A stretch of 64,000 nt of DNA from a bacterium (lineage in GTDB: Bacteria; SAR324; NAC60-12): contig OZ242383.1 of the NCBI GenBank assembly GCA_965209155.1, positions 3,424,001-3,488,000 on the forward strand, read 5' to 3'. Shown here piece by piece: positions 1-10,754 of this stretch. Every line of letters starts with the position of its first letter. The first letter of the stretch is position 1. The notes under the pieces were generated by a model that saw only the letters and a program-made list of their open reading frames with translations, was not told the DNA's origin and searched no databases. The position numbers and the translations under genes are program-made.

Positions 1-702
1 GTGGAAGCGCAGAATCGTCTCTGCATCCGCGCGGTGCCACCAATTTTGTCGGATTACCTCCTCGATCTTCACAAGCGCCACGGTATTCGTATTCATCTCG
101 ATGCCCAGGCAAAGGATTGGATAACCGACTCTGAGAAAGTTACGATTTCATTGGGAAACGGTAAGACACTTGAAGCAGATCACTTGCTGGTAGGCATAGG
201 GCTTGCGCCCGAGACCCGTCTTGGTGATGACGCGGGGTTGCGTATCGATAACGGGATTGCCGTGGATAGCGACTGGCGGACTTCCGACAAAAGCATCTTC
301 GCAATTGGAGATACGGCCAACCGGTACGAAAAAAGTCGCAAGAGCTCCCTTCGTTTGGAATCCTGGGCCAATGCCATGCACTCGGCTGAGGCGGTAGCCA
401 AAATCATTTTGAATCACGACGGGGGACCCGAGGAAATTCCCTGGTTCTGGTCAGATCAATTCGACGTCAATATCCAGATGCTCGGCGTCCCCACTCGTTG
501 GACAATCCCTATTATGCGCGGCAATCCGCAGGAGGATAGTAGCGCAATCTTTTTTGAAGAAAATGGATACCTGACAGCAACCATTACCATCAATCAACCC
601 CGAACCATGCAAGTCGCCAAGCGTCTGATGGCGCGGCGCAAAGCTGTCACCCGTAATCAATTGGCAGATGAAAACGTGAATTTGAAAGCGCTACTCCGAT
701 AA
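1..702 (+). CDS. FAD-dependent ferredoxin reductase (putidaredoxin-reductase-like), 5'-truncated by window edge
   Basis: Motifs GIAVD..RTSDKSIFAIGD, RLESWANA and PWFWSDQFDVNIQMLG typical of the Pyr_redox/Reductase_C family. Confidence 0.85.
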   Translation: MEAQNRLCIRAVPPILSDYLLDLHKRHGIRIHLDAQAKDWITDSEKVTISLGNGKTLEADHLLVGIGLAPETRLGDDAGLRIDNGIAVDSDWRTSDKSIFAIGDTANRYEKSRKSSLRLESWANAMHSAEAVAKIILNHDGGPEEIPWFWSDQFDVNIQMLGVPTRWTIPIMRGNPQEDSSAIFFEENGYLTATITINQPRTMQVAKRLMARRKAVTRNQLADENVNLKALLR

Positions 703-765
703 TGCACCTGGTGTTTTATTGCGCAGGATGATTCCACTCAGTCCGCCGTCACTGGAGTTTTACAA

Positions 766-2529
766 ATGGACAAACTGGATCACGAATCCCTTCTCTACAA
801 AATCAGACACTCACTGGCGCATATTCTAGCTCAATCCGTTTTACAGATCCGACCGGATGCGAAACTGGGATTTGGTCCCCCAACCGAAACAGGATTTTAT
901 TATGATTTTGATATGGCGGATGCATTGACTGCTGAAGATTTGAAAGTGCTGGAAAAAAAGATGAAGCAAATCATCAAGGCCAATCAAAACTTTCAACGGG
1001 AAGATTTACCCTTTGACATCATGGTCAAACGGCTGGAAGCGGAGGAGCAATCTTTTAAAATCGAATACGTGCAGGATTTGAAAGAAAAGGGAGAAACCTC
1101 TTTCAGCATTTTCAGTAACGGTCCATTTTGGGACATGTGCGAAGGTCCGCACGTGGCCACAACCCGGGAAATTCCCCTGGATTGTTTCACGCTTGATTCG
1201 TTGGCAGGCGCTTATTGGCGAGGTTCGGAAGAAAACAAAATGCTTCAACGAGTCTATGGCCTGGCCTTTGAATCAGGCGATGCCTTGCGTGATTTTCTGA
1301 AGAGGCGCAAACTGGCCATGGAACACGACCATCGAAAGCTCAACAACCAACAGCAATATTTTGTCATCGAAGAGGACGTCGGCAAGGGATTGCCCCTCTG
1401 GTTGCCCAACGGTACGATTCTAAGGGACGAACTGGAAAAACTGGCCAAGGAAAAGGAGTTTCAGGCAGGATACCAACGGGTTGCGACTCCGCACATTGCC
1501 AAAGAAAACCTTTATCACACTTCCGGACATTTGCCCTATTATGCGGAAGATATGTTTGCTCCCATGGAAGTGGATGGCGAAAAGCTGTACCTGAAACCCA
1601 TGAACTGTCCCTTTCACCACATGATCTACAAATCTTCCTCACGAAGTTACCGGGACCTGCCATTACGCCTGGCGGAATACGGAACCTGTTACCGCTATGA
1701 ACAATCGGGTGAATTGTCCGGATTACTGAGGGTTCGAGGTTTCACCATGAATGATTCACACATTTATTGCACCCCGGAGCAAGTCAAGGAAGAATTCATT
1801 CGAGTGATCCATTTGCATCTCGATTATTATCAATTATTTGGTTTGAAGGACTATTGGGTGCGTTTATCCCTCTCTGATGAAGACAGTAAAAAATTCGTTT
1901 CCGATCGGGAAGCCTGGGAGACCGCGGAAAAGATCGTCACCGAGGCTATGGAGGAGGTCGGGGTGCCATTCGAATCCATGAGAGGTGAAGCCGCCTTTTA
2001 CGGACCGAAAATAGATTTTCAAATTGTCAATGTGGTGGGACGAGAAGAAACGGCTTCGACCAATCAACTGGACATGATCCAACCTGAACGATTCGATCTT
2101 TCCTATATCGGCCCTGACAATGAGCAACACCGTCCCATCATTCTCCACCGTGCGCCCTTGGGTACCCATGAGCGATTCTGCGCATTTTTAATCGAACACT
2201 ACGGAGGTGCCTTTCCTACCTGGCTTGCTCCTGTTCAAGTGCGAATATTGCCCGTCGCTCCGGTTTTCTGTGAGTATGCGTTTGACTTGCAGAAAGAATT
2301 GCGCTCTCATTTTATTCGTGCGGAAGTGGACGATTCCCATGAGTCATTTGGCAAAAAAATTCGCAACGGAGCCATTGCAAAAATCCCGAATTTATTGATC
2401 GTAGGGGAAAAAGAACATTCTGCGAAATCGGTTACCTGGAAAAAATATGGCATACGAGAGCAACAATCTCTTGCATTCGAAGAGTTCCAAAGTATCATTT
2501 TGCAAAAAATAAAAAATCGCAGGGACTGA
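766..2529 (+). CDS. thrS: Threonine--tRNA ligase (short form, no N-terminal TGS domain)
   Basis: IRHSLAH, DMCEGPHV, GAYWRG, KPMNCP, GLLRVRGF, AAFYGPKID, HYGGAFPTWLAPVQV. Confidence 0.98.
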   Translation: MDKLDHESLLYKIRHSLAHILAQSVLQIRPDAKLGFGPPTETGFYYDFDMADALTAEDLKVLEKKMKQIIKANQNFQREDLPFDIMVKRLEAEEQSFKIEYVQDLKEKGETSFSIFSNGPFWDMCEGPHVATTREIPLDCFTLDSLAGAYWRGSEENKMLQRVYGLAFESGDALRDFLKRRKLAMEHDHRKLNNQQQYFVIEEDVGKGLPLWLPNGTILRDELEKLAKEKEFQAGYQRVATPHIAKENLYHTSGHLPYYAEDMFAPMEVDGEKLYLKPMNCPFHHMIYKSSSRSYRDLPLRLAEYGTCYRYEQSGELSGLLRVRGFTMNDSHIYCTPEQVKEEFIRVIHLHLDYYQLFGLKDYWVRLSLSDEDSKKFVSDREAWETAEKIVTEAMEEVGVPFESMRGEAAFYGPKIDFQIVNVVGREETASTNQLDMIQPERFDLSYIGPDNEQHRPIILHRAPLGTHERFCAFLIEHYGGAFPTWLAPVQVRILPVAPVFCEYAFDLQKELRSHFIRAEVDDSHESFGKKIRNGAIAKIPNLLIVGEKEHSAKSVTWKKYGIREQQSLAFEEFQSIILQKIKNRRD

Positions 2530-2571
2530 ACATTCCCTCTCTTTTTTAACTGCATTGCGACTTCAGAAAAC

Positions 2572-3963
2572 ATGTTAGCACGTACTAAAATCGAGGCCTT
2601 GCTGTCAGGATATTCATGTGGTCGGCAAGTTTGCGTGCGAGGATGGATACGAACCAAGCGCGATTCGAAAAACGTCTCCTTCATCAACCTCAATGACGGC
2701 TCCAACCAGAGAGGAATTCAGATCGTCATCGAAGCGAATTTGGATAACTACGAGCAAGCGCTTTCCCTCAATACGGGAGCAGCCATCGAAGTGACTGGCT
2801 GCTTGGTCGCATCACCGGGAAAAGGGCAGTCCTTCGAGATTCAGGCGAAACAACTCAAAATTTATGGTAATGCTCCTGGCGACAGTTATCCCCTGCAAAA
2901 AAAAGGTCACACGCTCGAGTTCTTACGGGAAATCGCTCACTTGCGTCCACGCACCAACACCCTGGGTTGCGTCTTTCGTATAAGAAACGGCTTGGCGCAG
3001 GCAGTCCATCGATTTTTTCAAGAGCGTCATTTCATCTATATCCACGCCCCCATCATCACTGCCAGCGACGCGGAAGGCAGTGGAGAATTGTTCCGGGTGA
3101 CCGCTTTTGATCCGGAGTATCCTCCCAGGAACGAATCGGGAGAGCTCGATTATTCCCGAGATTTTTTTGGCAAACCCGTTTTTTTGACCGTCTCCGGACA
3201 GTTGGAAGCCGAAATCTTTGCTTTGGCTTTGAGTGACGTCTATACATTCGGTCCCACCTTCCGTGCGGAAAATTCAAACACTTCCCGGCACCTTGCGGAA
3301 TTTTGGATGATCGAACCGGAAATGGCATTTTGTAACCTGGATGAAATGTGTCGTTTGGTGGAAGAATTTTTGAAATATCTGCTCACTTTCTGCTTGGAGC
3401 ACCATGCCGATGACCTGGCGTTCCTGCAAAAATTGTACAACAAGACCTTGATGGAGACTTTAGAAAGTATCGTTCATTCGTCTTTCAAAAAAATCACTTA
3501 TGGTGATGCAGTGGAGGTTCTGCAAAATTCCGGTCAATCCTTCGAGTTTCCTGCGCAATGGGGATCTGATTTGCAATCGGAACACGAACGCTTTCTCACC
3601 GAACAACATTTCAAATGCCCGCTTGTAGTGGTCGACTATCCCAAAGAAATTAAAGCATTTTATATGCGTCAGAACGATGACGGAAACACTGTGGCCGCCA
3701 TGGACGTGCTTTTTCCGCATCTCGGAGAAATGATCGGAGGCTCCCAACGAGAAGAACGCCATGACCTGCTCTTGGAACGGATGAGAGAAACAGGAATGGA
3801 TGAAATGCACTATAGTTGGTATCTTGAACTACGCCGCTTCGGTACAGTTCCACATTCGGGTTTTGGACTCGGATTTGAGCGCATGGTGCAATTTGTTACC
3901 GGTATGAGCAATATCCGGGATGTCATCCCCTTTCCTCGTGTCCCGAACAACGCCGATTTCTAA
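2572..3963 (+). CDS. asnS: Asparagine--tRNA ligase
   Basis: YPLQKK, HLRPRTN, LTVSGQL, GPTFRAENSNTSRHLAEFWMIEPE, GGSQRE, NIRDVIPFPR. Confidence 0.98.
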   Translation: MLARTKIEALLSGYSCGRQVCVRGWIRTKRDSKNVSFINLNDGSNQRGIQIVIEANLDNYEQALSLNTGAAIEVTGCLVASPGKGQSFEIQAKQLKIYGNAPGDSYPLQKKGHTLEFLREIAHLRPRTNTLGCVFRIRNGLAQAVHRFFQERHFIYIHAPIITASDAEGSGELFRVTAFDPEYPPRNESGELDYSRDFFGKPVFLTVSGQLEAEIFALALSDVYTFGPTFRAENSNTSRHLAEFWMIEPEMAFCNLDEMCRLVEEFLKYLLTFCLEHHADDLAFLQKLYNKTLMETLESIVHSSFKKITYGDAVEVLQNSGQSFEFPAQWGSDLQSEHERFLTEQHFKCPLVVVDYPKEIKAFYMRQNDDGNTVAAMDVLFPHLGEMIGGSQREERHDLLLERMRETGMDEMHYSWYLELRRFGTVPHSGFGLGFERMVQFVTGMSNIRDVIPFPRVPNNADF

Positions 3964-3976
3964 GTCAAAGAGACCC

Positions 3977-5113
3977 TTGAATATTTTGATTGGCAGTAAT
4001 GTGCACTGGTGGAATGCGGATGCCGCCTATGCCGCCGTTACTGCTGAAATCCTGGAAGGCGCAGGACATCGCGTCTTTGTCCTCACACGTCCCCACACGG
4101 CAAATTTCGCGCAACTTCAAAAACGAGGTTTGAGGCTATTGACGGATATAGATTTGAACACCTGCAATCCCTTCCGGCTGTATTTTTCTTATCAACGATT
4201 GAAGCAATTTCTACGAATTCAGCAAATTCAAATCGTCAATCCACACCGTTCCGAAGGTCTATTCGTATATGTTTTATTAAAATGGTCCCTGAGATCTTTC
4301 AAACTGGTTCGTACTCGCGGGACTGCTCGCGCGGTTCGTGGAGGGTGGCTCAATCAAATGATTTATCGAGATTGGGTGGACGCCCACATTTTCACAGGGG
4401 AAGCGGTTTTGGAACGCGTGTTGAAAAGAGTTGAAGTTCCCCGGTATAAACAAAATGTGATCCACTACCCCGTCGAGAGAGCGGAGTTACCTCCATCCGT
4501 TGATTATACGAAAGCATTCAATATCCCGCGGGATCATCGGGTCCTGGCCATTGTAGGCAGGCTCAGCCCGTTGAAGGGACATCAATTGTTGTTGAAGAGT
4601 TTTCAATTGCTCAGGCGTCAACTTCCCCGCACTGTTTTACTGGTCTTGTTTAATCACCCGGACTTTCAATGCGCCGAAATGCAAGCGCTCGAGGAAACGA
4701 GTAAAATATTAGGAATAGAAGCAAACGTCCGTTTTATCGGGGTTCGCGCAGACATACGCAGCATCATGAAATTCGTGGACGTGGGAGTGGTGAGTTCGCT
4801 GGATTCGGAAATGATCTGCCGGGTTGCGGTGGAATTCTTCTCCGTGGCAACTCCAGTCGTCGCTTTACCCACCGGATGTCTGCCGGAAATCGTAAAAAAT
4901 GAAGTCAATGGTTTTGTAGCGAAAACTGCTACTGCAGAAGATCTCTATGAGGCATTGAGAAAAATCTTAGAAGAGGATGAGCTTCTTGAAAAATTAAGTC
5001 GAGGGGCATTGGAACAGGCAAGGAAACTCTTTTCTCATGAATTGTTTCTGAAGAAAACCATGCGGGTCTTTGAAGCTGCTCTTTTTAAATCCCCTCCCTC
5101 AGAGGGAAATTAG
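3977..5113 (+). CDS. Glycosyltransferase family 4
   Basis: GT-B motifs IVGRLSPLKGH, SSLDSE, PEIVKNEVNG; start placed at TTG 3977 after the asnS stop. Confidence 0.85.
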   Translation: MNILIGSNVHWWNADAAYAAVTAEILEGAGHRVFVLTRPHTANFAQLQKRGLRLLTDIDLNTCNPFRLYFSYQRLKQFLRIQQIQIVNPHRSEGLFVYVLLKWSLRSFKLVRTRGTARAVRGGWLNQMIYRDWVDAHIFTGEAVLERVLKRVEVPRYKQNVIHYPVERAELPPSVDYTKAFNIPRDHRVLAIVGRLSPLKGHQLLLKSFQLLRRQLPRTVLLVLFNHPDFQCAEMQALEETSKILGIEANVRFIGVRADIRSIMKFVDVGVVSSLDSEMICRVAVEFFSVATPVVALPTGCLPEIVKNEVNGFVAKTATAEDLYEALRKILEEDELLEKLSRGALEQARKLFSHELFLKKTMRVFEAALFKSPPSEGN

Positions 5114-5814
5114 AGGAGGGGGAAGCATTCAAATGTCCATTTTCCAGGAACGGTGGGAGATGATAGGGCCCGGTTCAATCGTTGCAAAAAATTCTCACGT
5201 GATATTTCGCAAGCCCCCATGCGCTTCAAGTGACCGGAGCTGACCTGGCAATCGACCAGTTCCACCCGCCAGTTTTTCAATTGTTCCACCAGGGCTACAA
5301 GTGCAATTTTTGAGGCATCACTCATCCAGGCAAACATCGATTCTCCGAAAAAACATTTCCCCAGATAAACGCCATACAGCCCCCCCACCAACTCTCCTCC
5401 ATGCCAGCTTTCCACGGAATGGGCATATCCCAAATCATGCAGGCGCGTATAAGCTTCTCGCATTCGGGGGGTGATCCAGGTGCCTTTACTTTGTCGCCGT
5501 GGCATTCCACATGCGTAAATAACCTGTTCAAATGCCGTATCGCTTTTGATTTGAAAAGTTTGCTTTTTGAGCACTTTGCGCAAACTTTTGGAAATCTTGA
5601 GGGAAGCGGGCTCCAAAATCAATCGGGGATCCGGACTCCACCACAAAATGGGTTGCCCTTCTTCATACCAGGGGAAAATCCCCTGCCGGTACGCAGCCAG
5701 CAGACGTTCCGTCGACAAATCCCCACCCACTGCCAGGAGACCCTCCGGTTCCGCATGGCTTTGAGGAGGAAAAATCAGCAATTCTTCTGATAACTGGTAA
5801 ACCGGCACATGCAT
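5110..5814 (-). CDS. aat: Leucyl/phenylalanyl-tRNA--protein transferase
   Basis: EGLLAVGGDL, AYRQGIFPWY, WWSPDPR, AHSVESW, FFGESMF; start at 5814 or 5808. Confidence 0.96.
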   Translation of the reverse strand: MHVPVYQLSEELLIFPPQSHAEPEGLLAVGGDLSTERLLAAYRQGIFPWYEEGQPILWWSPDPRLILEPASLKISKSLRKVLKKQTFQIKSDTAFEQVIYACGMPRRQSKGTWITPRMREAYTRLHDLGYAHSVESWHGGELVGGLYGVYLGKCFFGESMFAWMSDASKIALVALVEQLKNWRVELVDCQVSSGHLKRMGACEISRENFLQRLNRALSSPTVPGKWTFECFPLL

Positions 5815-5865
5815 CCATCGGAAAAATACCAAGATTGCGTCGTCAATGGATTGCCAATACGGCAA

Positions 5866-6408
5866 TCACAGACTGGCATGGATGGCTTTCAACATGGCCT
5901 CGATATCGGAATCCGATAATTTACCGTCTTTGCTGAAAACGACTTTCCCCTCTTTATCCAAGACGATCACGTCATTGCTGTCAGTGGCAATGTTCCACTT
6001 TTTGTGCAGAGTCTCATTCATGTCGAAGACGAAATTGGTATTGGGGAATTCTTTTTGGTTCTTTTGTATCTCACTTTTCAGAAGAAAATTGGGTATCCAG
6101 GTGGCTGCCATATTGATAACGGCATAAGAAGCGTATTTTCCGGCCTTCATGGCTTCACCCAAAGAATCATCCGCACTGAGCGCTTCGGAAGCATTGTCAT
6201 TCAAATCGCTTTCATCCGGGTCCACGTAAAAAATTACGCTCACTTTTCCTGTCAGTGTGGCACTGTCCCAAGCCCCACGTCCGTCAACATATCCGCCCTC
6301 GTTTCCGGAAAGGATCACCTGGGGAGGTACTTCATTCAACGGCAGTTCCGCTTGGAGAATTATGGGAGAGCTGAGAGTGATGAACAACAATACGATGATT
6401 TTTTTCAT
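5866..6408 (-). CDS. YtfJ-family exported protein
   Basis: Signal peptide; WDSATLTGKV, FYVDPDESDLN, VLDKEGKVVFSKDGKLS. Confidence 0.75.
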   Translation of the reverse strand: MKKIIVLLFITLSSPIILQAELPLNEVPPQVILSGNEGGYVDGRGAWDSATLTGKVSVIFYVDPDESDLNDNASEALSADDSLGEAMKAGKYASYAVINMAATWIPNFLLKSEIQKNQKEFPNTNFVFDMNETLHKKWNIATDSNDVIVLDKEGKVVFSKDGKLSDSDIEAMLKAIHASL

Positions 6409-6471
6409 TGGATTCTCCTTTAAATAGACTTTATTATTCTTGGAAAAATGAATTTAAAACTAATTTTCATA

Positions 6472-6658
6472 TGCGAATCAGGAGTTGAATTTAATTTATA
6501 AAATCAATAATTCAATATTTATGATGTGTCATGCCGGTCCCGGATCATCCCGGACTCGATCCGGGACCAGGATGATCCGGCATCCAAAATATCGCCCGTA
6601 TCCCCCCGGATGTTTGGTCAAGCCAGGAATGAGATGTTTTTTAACTCCTGATTCACGT
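6472..6658. mobile_element. MITE family A, copy 1 (187 bp, opposite orientation to copies 2 and 3)
   Basis: Terminal IRs TGCGAATCAGGAGTT / AACTCCTGATTCACG; flanking direct repeat ATTTTCATA (6463-6471, 6659-6667); homologous to 45928-46098 and 54599-54753. Confidence 0.85.
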
Positions 6659-7121
6659 ATTTTCATACCAAACAGAATGCGATCGTTTTTACGAAAGGGA
6701 TAGAGAAGATTATTTCTTTTACCAGTTTGATAGATAACCATTCCCCCCGACAATTGCAAGGCTTCCATTATATCATAATCGGCAGTGAGAGGGAACACGT
6801 CCCCATTGTCATGAGGTAGTTGCACCCAAACAACCTGAGGATGCAGCGTGTGGTTCCAGGTCACATAACGCAGGACCAGCGTCAAAGTGGTACAATGCTC
6901 CTCATTGAACAAATCGGGCTGGCAGGCTTCGGGGTGACCATCCACCTTTCGGAAGTCTCTTGATACACGTAATTTTATTGCCTTCGCATCTCTTTTTTGA
7001 TAAATATTAGTATTTTACCTGAAGGTATTGGAACTTTTCAGGAAACAGTCGCCAAGCAGAAGTCAACACGGAATATCGTTGCCGACTCAATGGTGCGATC
7101 TCCCTGATTTCGTCGATCGTT

Positions 7122-8219
7122 ATGAATGGAAATAATCCCCTGGTGAGATTTGTAGACGTGCAAAAAAGCTATGATGGAGAGTCTCTCGTCATCAAAAGCC
7201 TCAATATGGACGTCGCGCGTGGTGAATTTCTCACTTTGCTCGGACCTTCCGGGTCCGGGAAAACCACTTGCTTGATGATGCTCGCTGGATTCGAACCGGC
7301 AACCCACGGCGAAATCTACCTGGAGGAGCAGCCCATCAACCACATTCCCCCGCATAAGCGTGGTATGGGGATGGTCTTTCAAAACTATGCCCTTTTTCCC
7401 CATATGACAGTGGCCGAGAACCTGGCATTCCCCTTGGAAGTCCGCAAGATTCCCAAGCCTGAACGAGTGCAAAGGATCAAACGCGCACTCGAGATGGTGA
7501 GGCTGGAGGGTTTTGAAGGGCGACGACCGGGACAGCTGTCCGGGGGGCAGAAACAACGGATTGCCGTGGCTCGAGCCCTTGTTTTCGATCCCGAACTCGT
7601 GTTAATGGATGAACCCTTGGGAGCCTTGGATAAGAATCTGCGAGAACAGATGCAATATGAGATCAAACAAATCCATGCCAGCTTGGGCGTGACTGTCGTT
7701 TATGTGACGCATGACCAGGGTGAGGCCCTGACCATGTCGAATCGAGTCGCTGTATTCGACGCAGGTGTTATCCAACAATTAGCATCCCCGGAAACCCTGT
7801 ACGAACGTCCGGAAAACGCCTTTGTAGCCAATTTCATCGGTGAAAACAATGTCCTTTCAGGAACGGTAAGGAAAACGGAAGCTGATCAATGTTGGGTCGA
7901 AATAGATGGTGGTCAGGGTATGGTTAAGGCCAAACGGATCAATATCAATGGAGTGGGTCAACGCGCGACCCTCTCATTGCGCCCGGAACGGGTCATGGTT
8001 GGCCCGCAAAGCGGGAGACTTCCCAATAACTTTGATGCCACGGTAGAAGAACTGGTCTACCAAGGGGATCATATCCGAACTCGTATCAGGGTCTGCGGAT
8101 ACGATGATTTTATCGTAAAAATTCCTAATTCATCCTCTCGCGCCCGGCTGCAAAACGGGGAAAGCATCAGAATCGGATGGGACGTTGAGGATTGCCGGGC
8201 CTTGGATCCCTCTGATTGA
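7122..8219 (+). CDS. Polyamine-type ABC transporter ATP-binding subunit (PotA-like)
   Basis: Walker A GPSGSGKT, LSGGQKQR, DEPLGALD, C-terminal TOBE-like region. Confidence 0.92.
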   Translation: MNGNNPLVRFVDVQKSYDGESLVIKSLNMDVARGEFLTLLGPSGSGKTTCLMMLAGFEPATHGEIYLEEQPINHIPPHKRGMGMVFQNYALFPHMTVAENLAFPLEVRKIPKPERVQRIKRALEMVRLEGFEGRRPGQLSGGQKQRIAVARALVFDPELVLMDEPLGALDKNLREQMQYEIKQIHASLGVTVVYVTHDQGEALTMSNRVAVFDAGVIQQLASPETLYERPENAFVANFIGENNVLSGTVRKTEADQCWVEIDGGQGMVKAKRININGVGQRATLSLRPERVMVGPQSGRLPNNFDATVEELVYQGDHIRTRIRVCGYDDFIVKIPNSSSRARLQNGESIRIGWDVEDCRALDPSD

Positions 8220-8319
8220 TGCGATTCGTGTTCAACTTGTAAAAAGAGGTCATGAAGGGCCTCCTGATATTTGGAAGAGTGAAATTTCAACGTTTATGTC
8301 AGTAAAAAAAGGAGTAAAG

Positions 8320-9414
8320 ATGAAAAAAAAATTGAAACAAACCTTGTTTATGATCATGGTACTGGCCTGGTGGACAGCAATCGCCTCGGCAGAAACGACG
8401 CTGGTCATCGTCTCCTGGGGCGGTGCTTATACTGCCAGTCAACAGAAGGCTTATCATGATCCCTACATGCAAGCCAACCCGGAAATCAAGATCGTCAATG
8501 ACGATTCCGCTGCAGAAGGCGCAGCCAAACTGCGTGCTCAAGCCGAAGCCGGCAATGTCACCTGGGACCTGCTCGACGCAGTGGCGGCAGATGCCATTTC
8601 CCTCTGCGATGAAGGCATCGTCGAAGAAATCGACCATGACAAGCAATTGGCCGCCGCCCCTGATGGGACACCGGCATCACAAGATTTCGGCGATATGATC
8701 GTCAGCCCCTGTTTTATCCCTCAAATCGTATATTCGACGACCTTTGGTTACCGTACGGACAAAGTGAAAATGGCACCAACCTCCATCAACGATGTGTTCG
8801 ACCTGGAAAAAATTCCCGGCAAACGATCCCTGGAGAAAAGGCCAATCGGCAATATGGAGTGGGCTTTGCTGGCGGATGGCGTTCCGGTGGATGAAGTTTA
8901 CGACGTACTGAGCACCTCCGAGGGCGTTGAACGAGCTTTCAGGAAATTGGACACGATCAAGTCCGAAGTGGTCTGGTGGACCGAAGGGTCTCAACCGGCT
9001 CAGTTGTTGGCGGATGGTGAAGTGGTCATTGCTTCCTCGTTCAATGGCCGTTTATTCGAGGCGATCGAAGCAGAAAAGCAACCCATCGGTATGATGTGGG
9101 ATTGGCAGGTCTTCGATGTGGATGGCTGGGTCATTCCCAAAGGAGGTAAAAACAAGGAGGAAGTACTGAAGTTCGTTAGATTCGCCACCGACACGCAGCG
9201 ATTGGCGGACCAGGCCAAGTATATTTCCTATGGTCCGACCCGCGCATCTTCCGCACCCCTGGTCGGCAAACATGCGGAACTGGGCATCGAGATGGCACCA
9301 CACATGCCGACGGATCCCGAAAATTCCAAAAACACTCTGCTGTTCAACTACGAATGGTGGGCGGACAACCGGGATGATATGAACGAACGCTTTCAAGCCT
9401 GGCTCGTCAAGTAA
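8320..9414 (+). CDS. Polyamine-type ABC transporter substrate-binding protein (PotD-like)
   Basis: Signal peptide, VSWGGAY motif, GGAG RBS before ATG 8320. Confidence 0.9.
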   Translation: MKKKLKQTLFMIMVLAWWTAIASAETTLVIVSWGGAYTASQQKAYHDPYMQANPEIKIVNDDSAAEGAAKLRAQAEAGNVTWDLLDAVAADAISLCDEGIVEEIDHDKQLAAAPDGTPASQDFGDMIVSPCFIPQIVYSTTFGYRTDKVKMAPTSINDVFDLEKIPGKRSLEKRPIGNMEWALLADGVPVDEVYDVLSTSEGVERAFRKLDTIKSEVVWWTEGSQPAQLLADGEVVIASSFNGRLFEAIEAEKQPIGMMWDWQVFDVDGWVIPKGGKNKEEVLKFVRFATDTQRLADQAKYISYGPTRASSAPLVGKHAELGIEMAPHMPTDPENSKNTLLFNYEWWADNRDDMNERFQAWLVK

Positions 9415-9444
9415 TTGGTGCGCAACGTGAGGGGCACCGGTAAC

Positions 9445-10752
9445 ATGTCTCAAAATAATTCAAAATTCCCCTTTTCCCCCTCCCTCGAAGGGAGGGGAAT
9501 CCCGTTGACGACGGCAGACGGGGTTCCATTGAAAATCAGTTTACGGCGCACGTTACGCCGTCAGAAAATGGTAGCCCTGTCGCTGGTAGCTCCCCTTTTC
9601 CTGTTCATAGCGCTCACCTTTCTGCTCCCCATCGGCGATATGCTTTTGCGCAGCGTGGACAATGAAATCATTCCCTCCGAACTTCCCCGCACCGTGCAAC
9701 TGCTTGCTCACTGGGACGAACAGAGCGATGAACTCCCCAACGAAAACGTGTTTGCCGCCCTGGCCGCCGATATCCGTCAAGGAGCGGAAACAAAAACCAT
9801 CAACCGGGCCGGCAAACGGCTCAATTACCAACACGCCGGATTCTCCAGTTTGTTCAGAAAAAGCGCTCGTAAGGTAAGAAGTCTCAAATTCGAAGAAGTC
9901 GCTTCCTTTCGTGAAGAATTGCTGACGATCGACAAACGCTGGGGACAGGTCGAATACTGGCAGGTGTTGAAACGGGAAAGTGGAATCCATACCGCATCAT
10001 ATTACCTGGCCGCATTCGACTCCGAAAAAAACAATACGGGCCGGATCGTTCCGAAACCCGAAACGGAGCGGATATATATCGAGTTGTTCGGAAGAACGCT
10101 TTTACTCAGTTTGTTGATTACGGCGATGACTCTCCTGCTGGGATACCCTCTTGCGTATTTCCTGGCGTCCTTGCCGACCCGGATCGGCAACTTGTTGATG
10201 ATTCTGGTGCTCCTGCCTTTCTGGACGTCCCTGCTGGTCCGCACAAGCGCCTGGATCGCTTTGCTGCAAAAGGAGGGGGTTATCAACGACTTTCTGGTTG
10301 CGCTTAAAATCCTCGACGATGCAAACAGGCTTTCGATGATCTATAACGCCACCGGCACTGTGATTGCCATGACCCACATCCTGCTTCCCTTCATGGTGTT
10401 GCCCCTTTTCAGCGTCATGAAAACCATTCCTCCCGATTATATGCGTGCCGCTCGTTCTCTCGGCGCGACGCCATTCACGGCATTCCTTCGCATATATCTT
10501 CCAAATACGGTTCCCGGAATAGGCGCAGGTGGGATCCTGGTGTTCATTCTCGCCATCGGGTATTATATCACCCCTGCCCTGGTGGGAGGGACCGAGGGCA
10601 CCTTCATCAGCAATTTGATCGCCTACCACATTTCGACTTCCCTCAATTGGGGTCTGGCAGCCGCCCTGGGGACGATTCTGCTGTTTTTGATACTGGTGCT
10701 TTACTTGCTTTACGACAAAATCGTAGGCATTGCCAACATTAAATTGGGTTGA
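9445..10752 (+). CDS. ABC transporter permease (PotB-like)
   Basis: LLPFWTSLLVR, EAA-like RAARSLGA, multiple TM segments. Confidence 0.9.
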   Translation: MSQNNSKFPFSPSLEGRGIPLTTADGVPLKISLRRTLRRQKMVALSLVAPLFLFIALTFLLPIGDMLLRSVDNEIIPSELPRTVQLLAHWDEQSDELPNENVFAALAADIRQGAETKTINRAGKRLNYQHAGFSSLFRKSARKVRSLKFEEVASFREELLTIDKRWGQVEYWQVLKRESGIHTASYYLAAFDSEKNNTGRIVPKPETERIYIELFGRTLLLSLLITAMTLLLGYPLAYFLASLPTRIGNLLMILVLLPFWTSLLVRTSAWIALLQKEGVINDFLVALKILDDANRLSMIYNATGTVIAMTHILLPFMVLPLFSVMKTIPPDYMRAARSLGATPFTAFLRIYLPNTVPGIGAGGILVFILAIGYYITPALVGGTEGTFISNLIAYHISTSLNWGLAAALGTILLFLILVLYLLYDKIVGIANIKLG

Positions 10753-10754
10753 TC

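Noticed and set aside
766..2529. ThrRS lacking the TGS domain as a novelty
   Set aside because: Short ThrRS forms are widespread, and editing and catalytic motifs are intact.
6485..6945. ORFs 6485-6703 and 6529-6945 as real genes
   Set aside because: They run through MITE copy 1 and the remainder has no recognisable motif.
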